DNA of 36,137 nt from Myxococcota bacterium. GTDB taxonomy: Bacteria; Myxococcota_A; UBA796; CAJQPC01. A program made the translations under genes and the position numbers. Within the stretch, counting starts at the first letter, position 1. Every line of letters starts with the position of its first letter. Of the stretch, positions 1-12,400 are shown piece by piece. Where the stretch lies: positions 1 to 36,137 of the forward strand of contig DASCPX010000074.1 in NCBI GenBank assembly GCA_036012755.1. The letters run 5' to 3'. Below the pieces are notes generated by a model. It was not told where the DNA came from and did not search any database. It saw nothing but the letters and a program-made list of their open reading frames with translations.

Positions 1-1858
1 CGTTGTCTGTGTCGTCGCAGTACTCGGTGGCTCCGGGGTTGGCGGAGTCGTCGTCGTCGTCGCAGTCTGTGTCGTCGCTGACGTAGCCGGTGGGCGCGCT
101 GCAGGCGGCGGTGGTGCTGTCGCTGTCGCCGTAGCCGTCTGAGTCGGAGTCGGCGTAGAAAGTGCTGGCGTCGACGGCGTCGTCCTCGTCGGTCTCGTCG
201 TCGCAGTCGTTGTCGATGGAGTCGCAGTACTCGTCGGCTCCCGGGTTCACCGAGGAGTCGGAGTCGTCGCAGTCTGTGTCGTCGTCGGCATAGCCGCTCG
301 GCGCGCTAGTGCTGCAGTCCGTCATGCTGTCGTCGGGGTCGCCGAAGCCGTCGCCGTCGTCGTCGGCGTACCAGGTCATCGGCGTGGCGCTGAAGCCCTC
401 GTCGATGTCACCGTCGCAGTTGTTGTCGAAGCCGTCGCAGGCCTCTGTCGCGGCGGTGTTGATGCCCGAGTCCGTGTCGTCGCAGTCGCTGCTGTCGGAG
501 GTGTAGCCGCTGGGAACCGAACACGCGGTGGTGGTGTTGTAGGGGTCGCCGTAGCTGTCACCGTCGTCATCTGCGTACCAGGTCGTGCCGTCGACGGCGT
601 CGTCCTCGTCGATGTCTCCGTCGCAGTCGTTGTCGATGGAGTCGCACTCCTCGTCCGCCTCGGGGCTCACGTCTGCGGTGGTGTCATCGCAGTCGGTGTC
701 GTCGCTGACGTAGCCAGAGGGCTGCTCGCAGGCGGTCGTCGTGTCGGTGGAGTCGCCGTAGTCGTCTCCGTCGTCGTCGGCGTACCAGGTGGAGGCGTCG
801 ATCGCGTCGTCCTCGTCCGTGTCACCGTCGCAGTCGTTGTCGGTGGAGTCGTCGCACTCCTCGTCGGCGCCAGGGTTCACGTCGCCGTCGGTGTCGTCGC
901 AGTCTGTGTCGTCGCTGACGTAGCCGGAGGGCTGCTCGCACTGGGTGAGCGTGGACCCGTCTGCGTCGCCGTAGCCGTCGCTGTCGGCGTCGGGGTACCA
1001 GGTCGCCGAGCCCGTCGCCCCGTCGTCGATGTCCCCGTCGCAGTCCTCGTCGACCCCGTCGCAGGTCTCCGTCGCGCCAGGGTGGATGTCCGCGTCGTCG
1101 TCGTCGCAGTCGTCGTCGGACTCGACGTAGCCGGTGGGGGCCGAGCAGGCCTCGACCGTGTCGTCGGGGTCGCCGTAGCCATCGGAGTCCGTGTCGGCGT
1201 AGTAGGTGTCGCCTGCGCCCTCGCCCTCGTCGATCTCGCCGTCGCAGTCGTTGTCCTCTCCGTCGCACTGCTCGTCGGCTCCGGGCCGGCTCGTGCTCGT
1301 GGAGTCGTCGCAGTCGTCGTCGTTGTCGGTGTAGCCGGTGGGCTCCTCGCAGGAGAGGGTCGTCTCGTCGGGGTCGCCGTAGCCGTCGTAGTCGGCGTCG
1401 CGGTACCAGGTCTCGGCGTCGAGGGCGGACTCGCCGTCAGCCTCGCCATCGCAGTCGTTGTCGATGCCGTCGCAGACCTCGAACTGGTTCGGGTTGACCG
1501 CGCTGTCGTCGTCGTTGCAGTCCCCGTTGTTGTCGGCGCTGCCGGCCGGCTCGCTGCAGGCCAGCTCCACCTCGGCGTTCTCATCGCCGAAGCCATCGCC
1601 GTCGGCGTCGGTGTACCAGTCCGAGCCTGCGCCCTCGTCGATCTCCTCGTCGCAGTCGTTGTCGACCCCGTCGCATTCCTCGTCGAGCCCCGGCGCCCGG
1701 TTGCTGTCGAAGTCGTCACAGTCCTCGTCGGCGGTGTAGCCGTCGCCGTCCTGGTCGAGAAGCTCGCCGCTGTCGGGTCCCTCGACCGTCGAGTCGTCGC
1801 CGTAGTTCAGGTCGGGGTCCTTGTTGCACGCGAGGGACAACAGCAGTCCGAGCAGCAT
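1..1858 (-). CDS. Putative lipoprotein with >=9 Asp/Cys-rich putative metal-binding (MopE-related, PF11617-like) repeats; 3' end runs off the window
   Basis: Translated by hand (absent from the ORF track because it has no stop): MLLGLLLSLACNKDPDLNYG..., then repeated DCDD-x-(V/I)NPGA-x-E-x-CD-x-DNDCDG-x-DE and WY-x-D-x-DGDGYGD units. SD GGAGG (1865-1869) and TAGAGT (1880-1885) upstream on the minus strand. Confidence 0.9.
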   Translation of the reverse strand, partial: MLLGLLLSLACNKDPDLNYGDDSTVEGPDSGELLDQDGDGYTADEDCDDFDSNRAPGLDEECDGVDNDCDEEIDEGAGSDWYTDADGDGFGDENAEVELACSEPAGSADNNGDCNDDDSAVNPNQFEVCDGIDNDCDGEADGESALDAETWYRDADYDGYGDPDETTLSCEEPTGYTDNDDDCDDSTSTSRPGADEQCDGEDNDCDGEIDEGEGAGDTYYADTDSDGYGDPDDTVEACSAPTGYVESDDDCDDDDADIHPGATETCDGVDEDCDGDIDDGATGSATWYPDADSDGYGDADGSTLTQCEQPSGYVSDDTDCDDTDGDVNPGADEECDDSTDNDCDGDTDEDDAIDASTWYADDDGDDYGDSTDTTTACEQPSGYVSDDTDCDDTTADVSPEADEECDSIDNDCDGDIDEDDAVDGTTWYADDDGDSYGDPYNTTTACSVPSGYTSDSSDCDDTDSGINTAATEACDGFDNNCDGDIDEGFSATPMTWYADDDGDGFGDPDDSMTDCSTSAPSGYADDDTDCDDSDSSVNPGADEYCDSIDNDCDDETDEDDAVDASTFYADSDSDGYGDSDSTTAACSAPTGYVSDDTDCDDDDDSANPGATEYCDDTDN

Positions 1859-1955
1859 GGCAGACCTCCGGGAGCAGGCACTCTACCCCGCTTCGGGCGC
1901 CTCCCAGGCATTTGCCGATGAGGGTAGGATGCTCGCTGCTGCTCTGGAGGCTCCC

Positions 1956-2867
1956 ATGCTCATCTGGCTCGTTGCGGGTTGCGCCGACTGCATCTATGAA
2001 GGCGACACGCTGTTGGTCGGCGATGCGGGGTTGAGGCAGGTCGCCTCTGGCTTCGACGTGGTGGCTGTGGACATCGAAGGGGACACCTACGGAAGCGCCG
2101 ATCTGATAGGCGAGGGCGCGCTCAGGGACGTGAGGGTCCGGGACGACGAGGTCTTCACCCTGCAGGCGGACGGCATCGGGGAACTCGGGAGCGGGAGCTG
2201 GCAAGAGGCCCCAGAGAACCTCCGGGGCGCGGCGGTGCTCGCCACCCAGGCACAGCTCCGATGGATCGTCCAGGAGCAGCCCTTGAAGCTGCACTTCTAC
2301 GACGCGGAGGAGTGGACCTCCGAGCAGCTACAGCTGCCCCTTCGTGACGAGGTGATCACCGCCTTCAACCAGGTCCGCGCGCTCGACGCCCGGGAGGGCC
2401 GGCTGCTGTTGATCGGGGACACGGACAGCAACCGCACCATGGTGTGGATCTACGAATCCGGTGGCTGGGACAGCGTCGGTGCGGCCAGCGAGGCCGACCA
2501 CAACTCCGAGGCCTGGTCGCTGACCTGGGGCGGCGACGGCCAGTGGTGGTACCGCATGACCGACTCGACCGGCGAGTGGGTCGTACAGGTCGATGGCTGC
2601 ATCGCAGAGGTCTCCTCCGGCGCGATGGGGCTCGCCCCCTCGGAGGATGGCGTGACCGGCTGGGGCTTCACCGACGACGGCTCACCGACCCGCTGGGATG
2701 TCGGCTCCGACTGCATCGTCGAGGAGAGCCCGGTGGACGAGCGCCCGAGCGGCACCCTGGTGGATGTGCGGGGTGATGGCTACGGCGACGCCGCCTGGGC
2801 TGTCGCCATGTGGACCTTCGAGGACCGCAACGCCCACTCCCAGGCCTCGAGGATCTGCGCCGAGTAG
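1956..2867 (+). CDS. Hypothetical acidic putative lipoprotein (possible beta-propeller)
   Basis: Within ORF 1821..2867. ATG 1956 preceded by GGAGG (1946-1950) and TAGGAT (1925-1930). N-terminus MLIWLVAGC; Trp/Gly/Asp-rich. Confidence 0.7.
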   Translation: MLIWLVAGCADCIYEGDTLLVGDAGLRQVASGFDVVAVDIEGDTYGSADLIGEGALRDVRVRDDEVFTLQADGIGELGSGSWQEAPENLRGAAVLATQAQLRWIVQEQPLKLHFYDAEEWTSEQLQLPLRDEVITAFNQVRALDAREGRLLLIGDTDSNRTMVWIYESGGWDSVGAASEADHNSEAWSLTWGGDGQWWYRMTDSTGEWVVQVDGCIAEVSSGAMGLAPSEDGVTGWGFTDDGSPTRWDVGSDCIVEESPVDERPSGTLVDVRGDGYGDAAWAVAMWTFEDRNAHSQASRICAE

Positions 2868-2871
2868 CTCT

Positions 2872-4165
2872 CTAGCCCGGACCCATGAAGCCCTCGCCGA
2901 CGACCTCGATGTCCTCTCCCGAGAGGTGGCGAGCGGCCTGCATTCCGCTCATCACGGCTGACTCCACGGAGCTGGCGTCCACACCGGTCCTGGTCCAGGC
3001 TCCAGCCAGGGCGAGGTTCCCGAAGCCGGACTCGCTCGGGGCGAGGCGCATCGCGACGGAGCCCGCGGGGCTGCGGACGACGCACTCGCTCGGGTCGATG
3101 TTGACGCGCAGGTAGTGGTCGGCCGGGAGCTCTTTCGAGGGCCAGGGCGGGTCCCGCTCCAGCTGCTTCAGGATGCGCAGTCGCGCCAGCGTCCGGGCTC
3201 GGAGGACCGGGCTCTCTTCGCTGGTGTAGAGGTCCGTGTCCAGTGGTCCGCAGAGATAGTGCAGCGAGCCGAACTCGCCCTCCTCGTGCCGAAGGAGGTG
3301 GCTCATCTCGGCCCAGACGCTCAGCGGATGGGTCCAGCCGACCAGGGCAGGGGTCCGGCGCTCCCAGCCCAGCTCGGAGAGGCTGGAGTTCATCCAGAGC
3401 TGCAGTGACGCCGTCGGCACGAGCGAGGGTGCGTCCAGCATGCGCCCGAAGGGCTCATGGACCCGCAGCTCGTCGCAGATGTTCCGGTGGCGCAGTGCGC
3501 CCAGCGGGATCGCGAGCACGATGTCGTCGAAGTCCTGGCCCTCGCGCAGCGTGAGCGTGCCCACACCCTCCGGTCGCCCCCAGCGTCGCTCGAGCTCGCC
3601 CGGGACCCCGGAGCGGTGGGGCCATGAGACCAGCCCGTTGTGGACGAAGGTCGGTTCGAAGCCGGTGTTGTCCGCTTGCTGTCGGATGCGGACGCCGCGG
3701 ACGCGCCCCCGGTGGACGTGGAGGTGCTCTACGTCGTGGAAGAAGGCGAAGCGCACCCCGCGGCTCTTCAGCACCTCGTAGAGCGGTGAGATGACCATCT
3801 CTCCCGCGCCGGCGGCGAGGTGGTAGAGCACCGAGCCCTTGTAGGTCGTCATCGTGCGCAGCATGGCGCGGGTCCCGGTCCCGGCGGCGAAGTCCGGCTG
3901 CCGCGGATCGCCCCCCCTGTACTGGAAGGTCGAGTCGTAGATCATCCGGAGCCCCGACCAGTGGTCGACGATCTCCGGGCTCCCGCCGTGGTCCTTCAGC
4001 AGCTGGCGCAGCTCGATGTCGTTCCAGCGGTCCAGGTTCCAGTCATGGACCACGCCGTCGTCCGGGTCCACCATCGCCCGCAACAGCGCGATGACCAGGT
4101 CGAGCAGCGCCAGGACCGAGTGCTCATCGACGGTCTCTGGTCGGAGTCGCTTCGTCCGCCCCTCC
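2872..4165 (-). pseudogene. 5'-truncated FAD/NAD(P)-dependent oxidoreductase (flavin amine oxidase / phytoene desaturase-like superfamily)
   Basis: Has the mid and C-terminal motifs ([47 protein letters not shown]...VESAVMSGMQAA) but no N-terminal GxGxxG dinucleotide-binding segment. The first ~20 codons of ORF 2872..4224 are the antisense of a response-regulator fragment. Breakpoint approximate. Confidence 0.7.
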
Positions 4166-4293
4166 AGGATCTCGTGGGCGGTCTCCACCTCGGGGCCGAC
4201 GACTACGTCACCAAGCCATTCCATCTCTCCGAGCTGGAGGCTCGCATCGAGGCGCTGCTGCGGCTGCGTCGGGCGGAGCGCCAGGTCGTGGAG
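4165..4293 (+). pseudogene. Fragment: C-terminal part of a response-regulator receiver domain
   Basis: [43 protein letters not shown] contains the GADDY-x-x-KPF-x-x-x-EL-x-ARI signature; the N-terminal half with the phospho-acceptor Asp is absent. Confidence 0.85.
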
Positions 4294-4679
4294 TGGAGGT
4301 CCACTTCATCGACAACAGCCGTGGTGCGGCCATCGCCAACATGGACCCCAAGCGGATGCGGCGTGTAGTCCAGACGCTGGTTCGCAACGCTGGCGAGGCG
4401 GTCGCCGCGGCGGGGACCAAGGACGGCATCCGCCACATCTTCCTCACGGTCGAGGCAGCCACGGACGTGCGCATCCGGGTCGCTGACGATGGGCCGGGCA
4501 CGCCGCTGGAGCTCGCGCAGCGGCTCTTCCTCCCTCGGAAGGAGCGCTCGGAGCTCGTGGAGTTGCGGGACGCGGTCCGCAGGCAAGGCGGGCGCCTTGG
4601 ACTCGAGGTCCAGGCGCCCGAAGGGGGGGCGGCGTTCACGATTCGCCTGCCTAGCGCGCGCCAGGGCTCGGCTGACTGA
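4293..4679 (+). pseudogene. Fragment: HATPase_c domain of a sensor histidine kinase
   Basis: N-box (QTLVRNAGEA), G1 (VADDGPG), F-box (LFLP), C-terminal GAAFTIRLP. No HisKA/H-box; the G2 GxGLGL is replaced by RSELVEL. Different frame from the preceding REC fragment. Confidence 0.75.
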
Positions 4680-4905
4680 TCCAGGCGGCGGTGAGCTCCT
4701 CGGGGTCCATGCACACGGTCGGCGCGTCGGGGTCGAAGGAGGGACGCACGATGATCGTGGCTGCCAGGTCCGGGCGGGCTGGGGCGGGGGCGCGCCGTCG
4801 AGCGGGGGGCTGCTTTCGCCGGGCGGGGCGCATGGCGGCGGCGCCGAGCATGCCGGCCACGAAGCCGGCGGTGACGGTGCAGAGGAAGGTGATGAAGGCG
4901 AACAT
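4651..4905 (-). CDS. Small hypothetical membrane-anchored protein (84 aa)
   Basis: ATG 4905 with GGAG upstream; hydrophobic N-terminus MFAFITFLCTVTAGFVAGMLG followed by an Arg/Pro-rich tail. Confidence 0.55.
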   Translation of the reverse strand: MFAFITFLCTVTAGFVAGMLGAAAMRPARRKQPPARRRAPAPARPDLAATIIVRPSFDPDAPTVCMDPEELTAAWISQPSPGAR

Positions 4906-5090
4906 GCGGGCTCCGGGGCTCGAGGGTCGCCTGGTCGAGGTGCAGTCCGCGGGCCACGCAGGTGGATCCTGCAAGATCAGCCACTTGACCGGGCCTCGCG
5001 GCAGGATCTGCCGATGGCGGTGACGAAGTGCCGACACCCCCCGCCACCCTCGATTAGATTCGTGGTCGCCAAGGTCACGAGGAGACCACC

Positions 5091-6847
<1,757 letters not shown>

Positions 6848-6851
<4 letters not shown>

Positions 6852-7777
6852 GGGCGCTGCTCGTCGGCGCTGGCGCCGTCGGGCAGGTCTTCGGGCGTCA
6901 CCTCCAGGCCTCTGGAGACCACCTCACCTTCTTCGTCCGCGACAAGTACCGCGCGGAGGTCGAGGCGGGTCTGTGGATGCACCCCGAGGGTGGCGAGCCG
7001 GTGAGGCTCGTACCCGACGGGGTGATCACGCGGGCCGAGGACATCGGTGGGGTGGACGAGCTCTGGCTCTGCGTCTCCTCGACCGCGCTGGCACAGGGCG
7101 ACTGGCTGGAGGAGGTGCTGGGCGCCTGCCCGGATGCGCGGGTCGTCTTCCTCCAGCCGGGGCTCGAGGACCGGGCGCGGCTGTTGTCGATGATCTCGCC
7201 GGAGCGTCTCGTCACCGGCATGATCAGCTACATGGCCTGGCAGGCACCGCTGCCGGGCCAGCGCGTCGATCCACCAGGGATCCGCTACTGGTTTCCCTGG
7301 CTGAGCCCCACTCCGTTCTCCGGTCCGGGAGCCGAGGACGTCGTGCGCCGGCTGAGGGCAGGGGGCTGTCCGAGCAAGGTGAGCCGCGCGGTCCACCAGG
7401 ACATGGCGCTCGGCTCGGCGACCCTGCTCCCGATCGTCGCGAACCTCGAGCTGGTCGACTGGAAGTTCGGGCGCCTGACAGAGCGCTCGGCCCAGGCCGC
7501 CGCCTGTGTCCGCGAGGCGAGGGGAGTCGCTGCCGACTACCACGGCATCAGCGCCGGCATGGCCCCTCCAGGCTTCGCGCTGGGGTTGGCCGCGAAGCTG
7601 GCCGTCGCAGCCGCACCAGTGCCGATCGAGGCCTTCTTCCAGTGGCACTTCACGAAGGTCGGGGATCAGACCAGGGCGTCGCTCGGCACCTGGATTCGCC
7701 AGGCCGAGCAGCGCGGACGGCCTGTCACTGCGCTTCGCTCGGTCGCGGACGCGCTCGCTGCCAGAGCGAGGCACTGA
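6848..7777 (+). CDS. Ketopantoate reductase (ApbA/PanE) family oxidoreductase
   Basis: GTG start overlapping the previous stop (GTGA); LLVGAGAVG Rossmann motif, LWLCVSS and FLQPGL correspond to PanE-family segments; divergent C-terminal domain. Confidence 0.75.
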
Positions 7778-9329
7778 GGTACCCGACAGGCCACACCTCC
7801 ACTTCGTTCAGGCCGTAGCGGGTGAGCCACTGCTCGCTCTGGACGTCTCCTGGTCGCGTCATGGCGAGGACGACGTCGCAGTCCCGATCGGGCCAGTCTC
7901 CGGTGGTGAAGGGCAGGACGTAGAAGCTCGGGCTGCCCTCGCCGCCGCGCATGTTCGGCGTCGAGACGTGCCAGCGGTAGCCAAGGGCGCCCGCTCTGTA
8001 GAGCACCAGTCCCACACCGGGCCCGCCGTGCTCCTCGCTGAGCATGAAGCCGACCGTGCCTTCGTCGGAGCCGTGCAGCTCTCGGACCCGCCCCAGGGCT
8101 TCGTCGAGCTGCCAGCTGGACGGATCGAGGGACATCGGCCGAAGCGCCTCTGGAGGCCATGGCCAGCTCTCTCCGGCCGTGGCCAGGCTGTGTTCGAAGG
8201 CACGGGTCTTGGGAGCGTCGGCGACCTGGAAGAAGAGCGCCGCCGAGCCGTAGGCGCCGATGGCCGCGGGCAGGGCGAGGGCCCAGCGGAACCGCGAGCT
8301 TCCCGCGGCCGCTGCGACCAGCGGGATCATGGGGAGCAGGTAGCGGGCCTGCCGCTGGGTCTGGGCGCAGAGGATCAGGTAGCCACTGACGACCGCGATC
8401 ATGGGGATCAGCCAGGCGTCGACGGGTAGGTCGCGCCTCCGCGGCCAGGCGAACAGGGCGCCGGCGGCTGCGATGACACCAAGCCAGCCGAGGTTGTCCG
8501 CGATGACCGCGCTGTACCAGCTGAAGCGGTCGAGGTTCCACTCCGTGAGCACCAGCTTGTTCTGCACCATCGAGTTGTTGGTGTCGTCCGCTCCGACGTA
8601 GCCGAGCACCGCCCCGAAGTGGGGTCCCCACCACGGCAGCGCGATGATGGCGAAGACGCCGATGGCAACACCCAGCTCCTTCCAGCGCTTCTCTCGGATC
8701 ACGTGCACCCCGGCGACCAGGCAGGGGAGAGCGAGGAAGAAGGGCGCGCTGTACTTGGTGAGGAAGGCAGCCGCCATCCATGCTGCCCAGCCGACCACGT
8801 GGAGCCGCCTGTGGAGTCGCTTGGACGCGACCAGGTGGGAGAGGGACTGCACCACGCAGGCCGCGGCGATGAAGTCGACTCCGTAGATCTCGGCCTGCTG
8901 CCAGACCCCCCCGGCCGCAGCGAGCCAGACCGCCGAGAGGGGGCCGCCTCCGAGCCGGCGCATGCCATCCCAGATGAGCCAGAGGACCAACGCCGCGGCC
9001 GCGAGGTGGGCCCAGGGCAGCGACGTGCCGAGGATGGTGTAGGCGAGCGTCGCGGGCAGGTACGCTCCGGGTGGATGGGGCGCCAGCAAGCTGTCGAGGC
9101 AAAAGGCGAAGGTGCCGAGATCGAGCTCCCGCAGCTGCTGCGCCAGCCTCATCGCCACGCCGAGCACGTGGGGACCGTCGCCGCTGGGCCAGCGTCCGGT
9201 CCGGTGGATTCCCCACATCCAGCCGCCGAGCAGCACCGGTGGCAGGACCACCGCCAGCACGCGCTGGAGCTTCGCCGTCCGCTCCGAGAGCACCCACCAG
9301 CGCTCGACGAAGTCCTTCCACCGCTGCAT
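7725..9329 (-). CDS. Polytopic membrane protein, GT-C (ArnT/PMT-like) glycosyltransferase
   Basis: Many hydrophobic segments; motifs HPPG-x-Y, LTKYS-x-P-x-F, ALPWW, RYLLPMIP resemble family-39/ArnT-like enzymes. Start set at ATG 9329 (TAGACT 7 nt upstream). Confidence 0.65.
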   Translation of the reverse strand: MQRWKDFVERWWVLSERTAKLQRVLAVVLPPVLLGGWMWGIHRTGRWPSGDGPHVLGVAMRLAQQLRELDLGTFAFCLDSLLAPHPPGAYLPATLAYTILGTSLPWAHLAAAALVLWLIWDGMRRLGGGPLSAVWLAAAGGVWQQAEIYGVDFIAAACVVQSLSHLVASKRLHRRLHVVGWAAWMAAAFLTKYSAPFFLALPCLVAGVHVIREKRWKELGVAIGVFAIIALPWWGPHFGAVLGYVGADDTNNSMVQNKLVLTEWNLDRFSWYSAVIADNLGWLGVIAAAGALFAWPRRRDLPVDAWLIPMIAVVSGYLILCAQTQRQARYLLPMIPLVAAAAGSSRFRWALALPAAIGAYGSAALFFQVADAPKTRAFEHSLATAGESWPWPPEALRPMSLDPSSWQLDEALGRVRELHGSDEGTVGFMLSEEHGGPGVGLVLYRAGALGYRWHVSTPNMRGGEGSPSFYVLPFTTGDWPDRDCDVVLAMTRPGDVQSEQWLTRYGLNEVEVWPVGYLSASLWQRARPRPSEAQ

Positions 9330-9407
9330 CGTCGCGAGTCTATCCCCGGGCGGCCGCGGCGATGTCGTTGGGACACTCTGCGACACGTCCGCCTGGCGGC
9401 GCTGGCA

Positions 9408-9413
9408 TATGCT
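9408..9413 (+). promoter_or_regulatory. -10 element (TATGCT) 6 nt before the S8 protease ATG; likely leaderless transcript
   Basis: TANNNT at the spacing expected if transcription starts at the ATG; no SD. Confidence 0.55.
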
Positions 9414-9419
9414 GTGCCC

Positions 9420-12400
9420 ATGCTGTTGTTGCTCATCGCCTGCCGCGGCTGCGCCGAGTCCGGACCCCCTCCCGACACCTCCATCCCGGACACGGGGCTG
9501 CAGGACGAGGAGCCCGGGTGGAGCCCCTTCGACATCCCCGAGATCAACACGGAGCCGAACGACACGCCAGAGACGGCCATCCGGCTCAACTACGGCACCC
9601 TCGACGTGCTGGAGGTCGGAGGTGACGACGACCCGGTCGACTGGTTCGTCTTGCAGGCCGGGCAGGCTGGGACGCTGTCGACCTTCGCCTACCAGGTCTC
9701 CGATCCGGACGCCGAGGTCGTCGTGACCATCTACGACGCGGATCTCTCGGTGCTGGACAAGGGGCTCGGCGAGGTCGGCGTGATGAAGAACGAGCCCCGC
9801 GACTGGTACGTGGCGGTGGAGAGCGACGTGGCCGTGACCCTGTTCTTCGGGGTGAACTTCGACGTCGTGGATCCGGCGATCGACGAGGTCTCACCTGGCT
9901 CCGCGCAGCCTCTGGAGTGGCTGACGGTGACGGGCGAGGACTTTGGCATCGACGAGGACGCCCTGGTCGCCTTCGTCGGCGGGGCTGTCTCCGAGGTCCG
10001 CCTCGTGGACGAGCAGACCCTCGAGGTCCTCGTGCCCTACGGCGCAATGAGCGACGATGTGCGCGTGCGCGTGGCGGGCAAGGACGCTGACGCCAGCTTC
10101 TCTCTCGATGAGATCGACCGGCCGGATATCGAGTGGGACGAGCCCACCAGCTGGGACACCACCTCCGACGGCGTCGAGTGGGCCGAGGACCGCCTCGTGA
10201 TCGACATGACCCCCGAATCGACCGAGGACGACCTCGCCGATGTGCTCGTCGGCATCGACCACGAGGTCGTCGGATGGGGGCCCTCGATCAACCTCTGGCA
10301 GGTGCGGCTCCTGGCGCTCGCCGGGGTCGACGATCTCGAGGCCCTCGCCGAGGATCTCCTTCAGGACTCCCGAGTGGAGAGGATCGGATCCCTGGGCCCG
10401 CTCGAGTCCGACGGGCTGAAGCTCGACTCGGATCCATATCCGACTGCCAACGCCACCTATGCCGGCCTGCACTCGGCGGTGTCGGGGACTGGACTGGCCG
10501 ACGCCTGGCGCCTGTACAACAGCATGGGCGGTACGCCGCTGCCGGCCGCCGTGCGCGTGGCCGCCCTCGACACCGGGTTGCTGTCTGCGCCGACGACCGG
10601 GGCGTGGTCGGGAGAGGAGTTCCCGGACGAGTCCATGGCAGGGTTCTCCTCGGTCCACAACTACATCGCCTTCACCGCTGGTGGGACCGAGCTGAAGGAC
10701 AGGGCTGACTGGTTCAACAACGACGCGCACGGCACGGGAGTGGCCGGTGTGATCGGCGCCCAGAACGGGCGTGGGGTCGGAAACGGCCACGGGAATGGTG
10801 CCTTGTCCGGCTTCGACCGTGCGGGTGTCGACGATGACAGTGACGGCACGGTGGACGAGGACTCGGAGTCGATGCCGTTCATCGTCGATTCCTACGCGAA
10901 GGGTGGAGACGGGGTCGCGGTCGCGCTCCCGGAGCGCATGACGCGGGTCGGAGCGGGGGCCTATGCCGCCATCAACATGTCGTTTGGCCATTACCACGTA
11001 CTGAGTCCCGGGGAGTCGATCCCCGAGATGATCGCCATCGAGTCGGCCCCGGACACGGTCTGGGTGACGAGCGCCGGCAACTGGAGATCCGCCGGCGTCG
11101 GGCCGACCAAGAACGCGAGTCGCCGCATGCCTGCGATGTTCGGGAGCAGCTACCCTGCCCACGTGATCACGGTCGGCGCCGCAAACCGTGTCGGTTCCAC
11201 GGCCGGTGGCGGGTCCTTCTCTGGATGGAGCACAGTCGCGGACGACCCGACCTGGTACACATTCGGAGGCACCCCCGTCACGGTGATCGCGCAGGAGGAG
11301 TACCTCGCGCCGTGGGACTCGCCGACTCATGGGAGTGGTGCCTACAAGCTGTTCGACGGGACGAGCGCGTGCGCTCCCGAGGTGACTGCGTTGGTCGGTT
11401 TCATTCGGGCACACCGCCCCGATCTGAGCGCCTCGTTCGTGACGGCGCTGGTCCGAGGGTCTGGGACGGATCTCATCTCTGCCGGCATCGCCAACTGGAC
11501 AGCAGGGCCCGCAGTGCCAGGGGTCGCGAATCCGCTTCCAGCTCCCACCTCGGCCAAGCGCATCCACTGGACGAAGCTCCTGATGCTGGAGCTCATCCTC
11601 GAGAGCCCCTACCTCGAGGTCGACACCGAGCCCTACCTGGTCGTGGGCAACGACGACGACGTCGACGGCTACCTCCGGCGCGTCCCGCTGGATCCCACCA
11701 CCGGGCTCTGGAACGCCACGGACATGCCCGTGGACTCGGTGCTGCAGGACTGTCGCAACCCGGTGGCGGTGGAGGCGACCCCGGACGGACTCCGGCTCGC
11801 TGCCGTGTGCTCGGACACCGACACGGTGGAGGTCTGGAGCCTGCTCGGGTGGAGCCACGTCGGCTCCGTGGAGCTGTCCGCGGACGTGGGCGCCCACGGG
11901 CGTGCCACCATGACGCCGGACGGGCTGCTGGTCGTGCCGGTCCAGGGATTCGGCCAGATCCACGCTGACGTGATCGACGTGGCCCGCGTCGAGCTCCTCG
12001 ACAGCGTGGACATCGGAGTTGGGAGCGAGGTCTTCGGGAGCGGGCTCCTGGACACGACCGGCCTGTACGTCGGCATCTTGACCTCCGATCGGGATCCTGG
12101 ATTCGTCCAGGTCGTCCAGCTGGATGGGCCGGGCGAGAGCTTCACCCACGACGCCGGGAACAGCCTGGATCTCTCGGGCAGCTACGCAGCGGGAGTGACC
12201 CCCAACGGGTTCGCTCTGCACCCTGACGGGGAGCAGCTCGCCGTGACCTACTCGGGGACGCCGAACACGGACCTGGAGCTCGTGATGCTGGAGGTCCAGC
12301 GCAACGTGAGCGAGCAGTTCACGGGGCTGTCCGCCCCCGCGGACCAGGACTTCTACATGCGGGTGGGCAGCGACGAGTTCCTGATCCCGCTCGAGAAGCC

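Noticed and set aside
1..1800. Periodic ~200-bp repeats as a possible CRISPR array or non-coding repeat
   Set aside because: Repeats are degenerate at third codon positions and translate into protein repeats; no identical repeat/unique spacer structure and no cas genes. Same for 20740-21960.
4906..5090. Possible structured ncRNA or riboswitch in the 185-bp intergenic region
   Set aside because: Only short GC hairpins; no recognisable aptamer consensus or U-tract terminator. An Rfam search would be needed.
7725..7777. Convergent 3' overlaps (also 23286-23307, 26784-26795, 4651-4679)
   Set aside because: Common in compact GC-rich genomes; no specific function evident.
8619..9419. N-terminal extension of the S8 protease ORF (1468 aa)
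   Set aside because: Overlaps the minus-strand membrane gene; signal peptide and -10 box point to ATG 9420.
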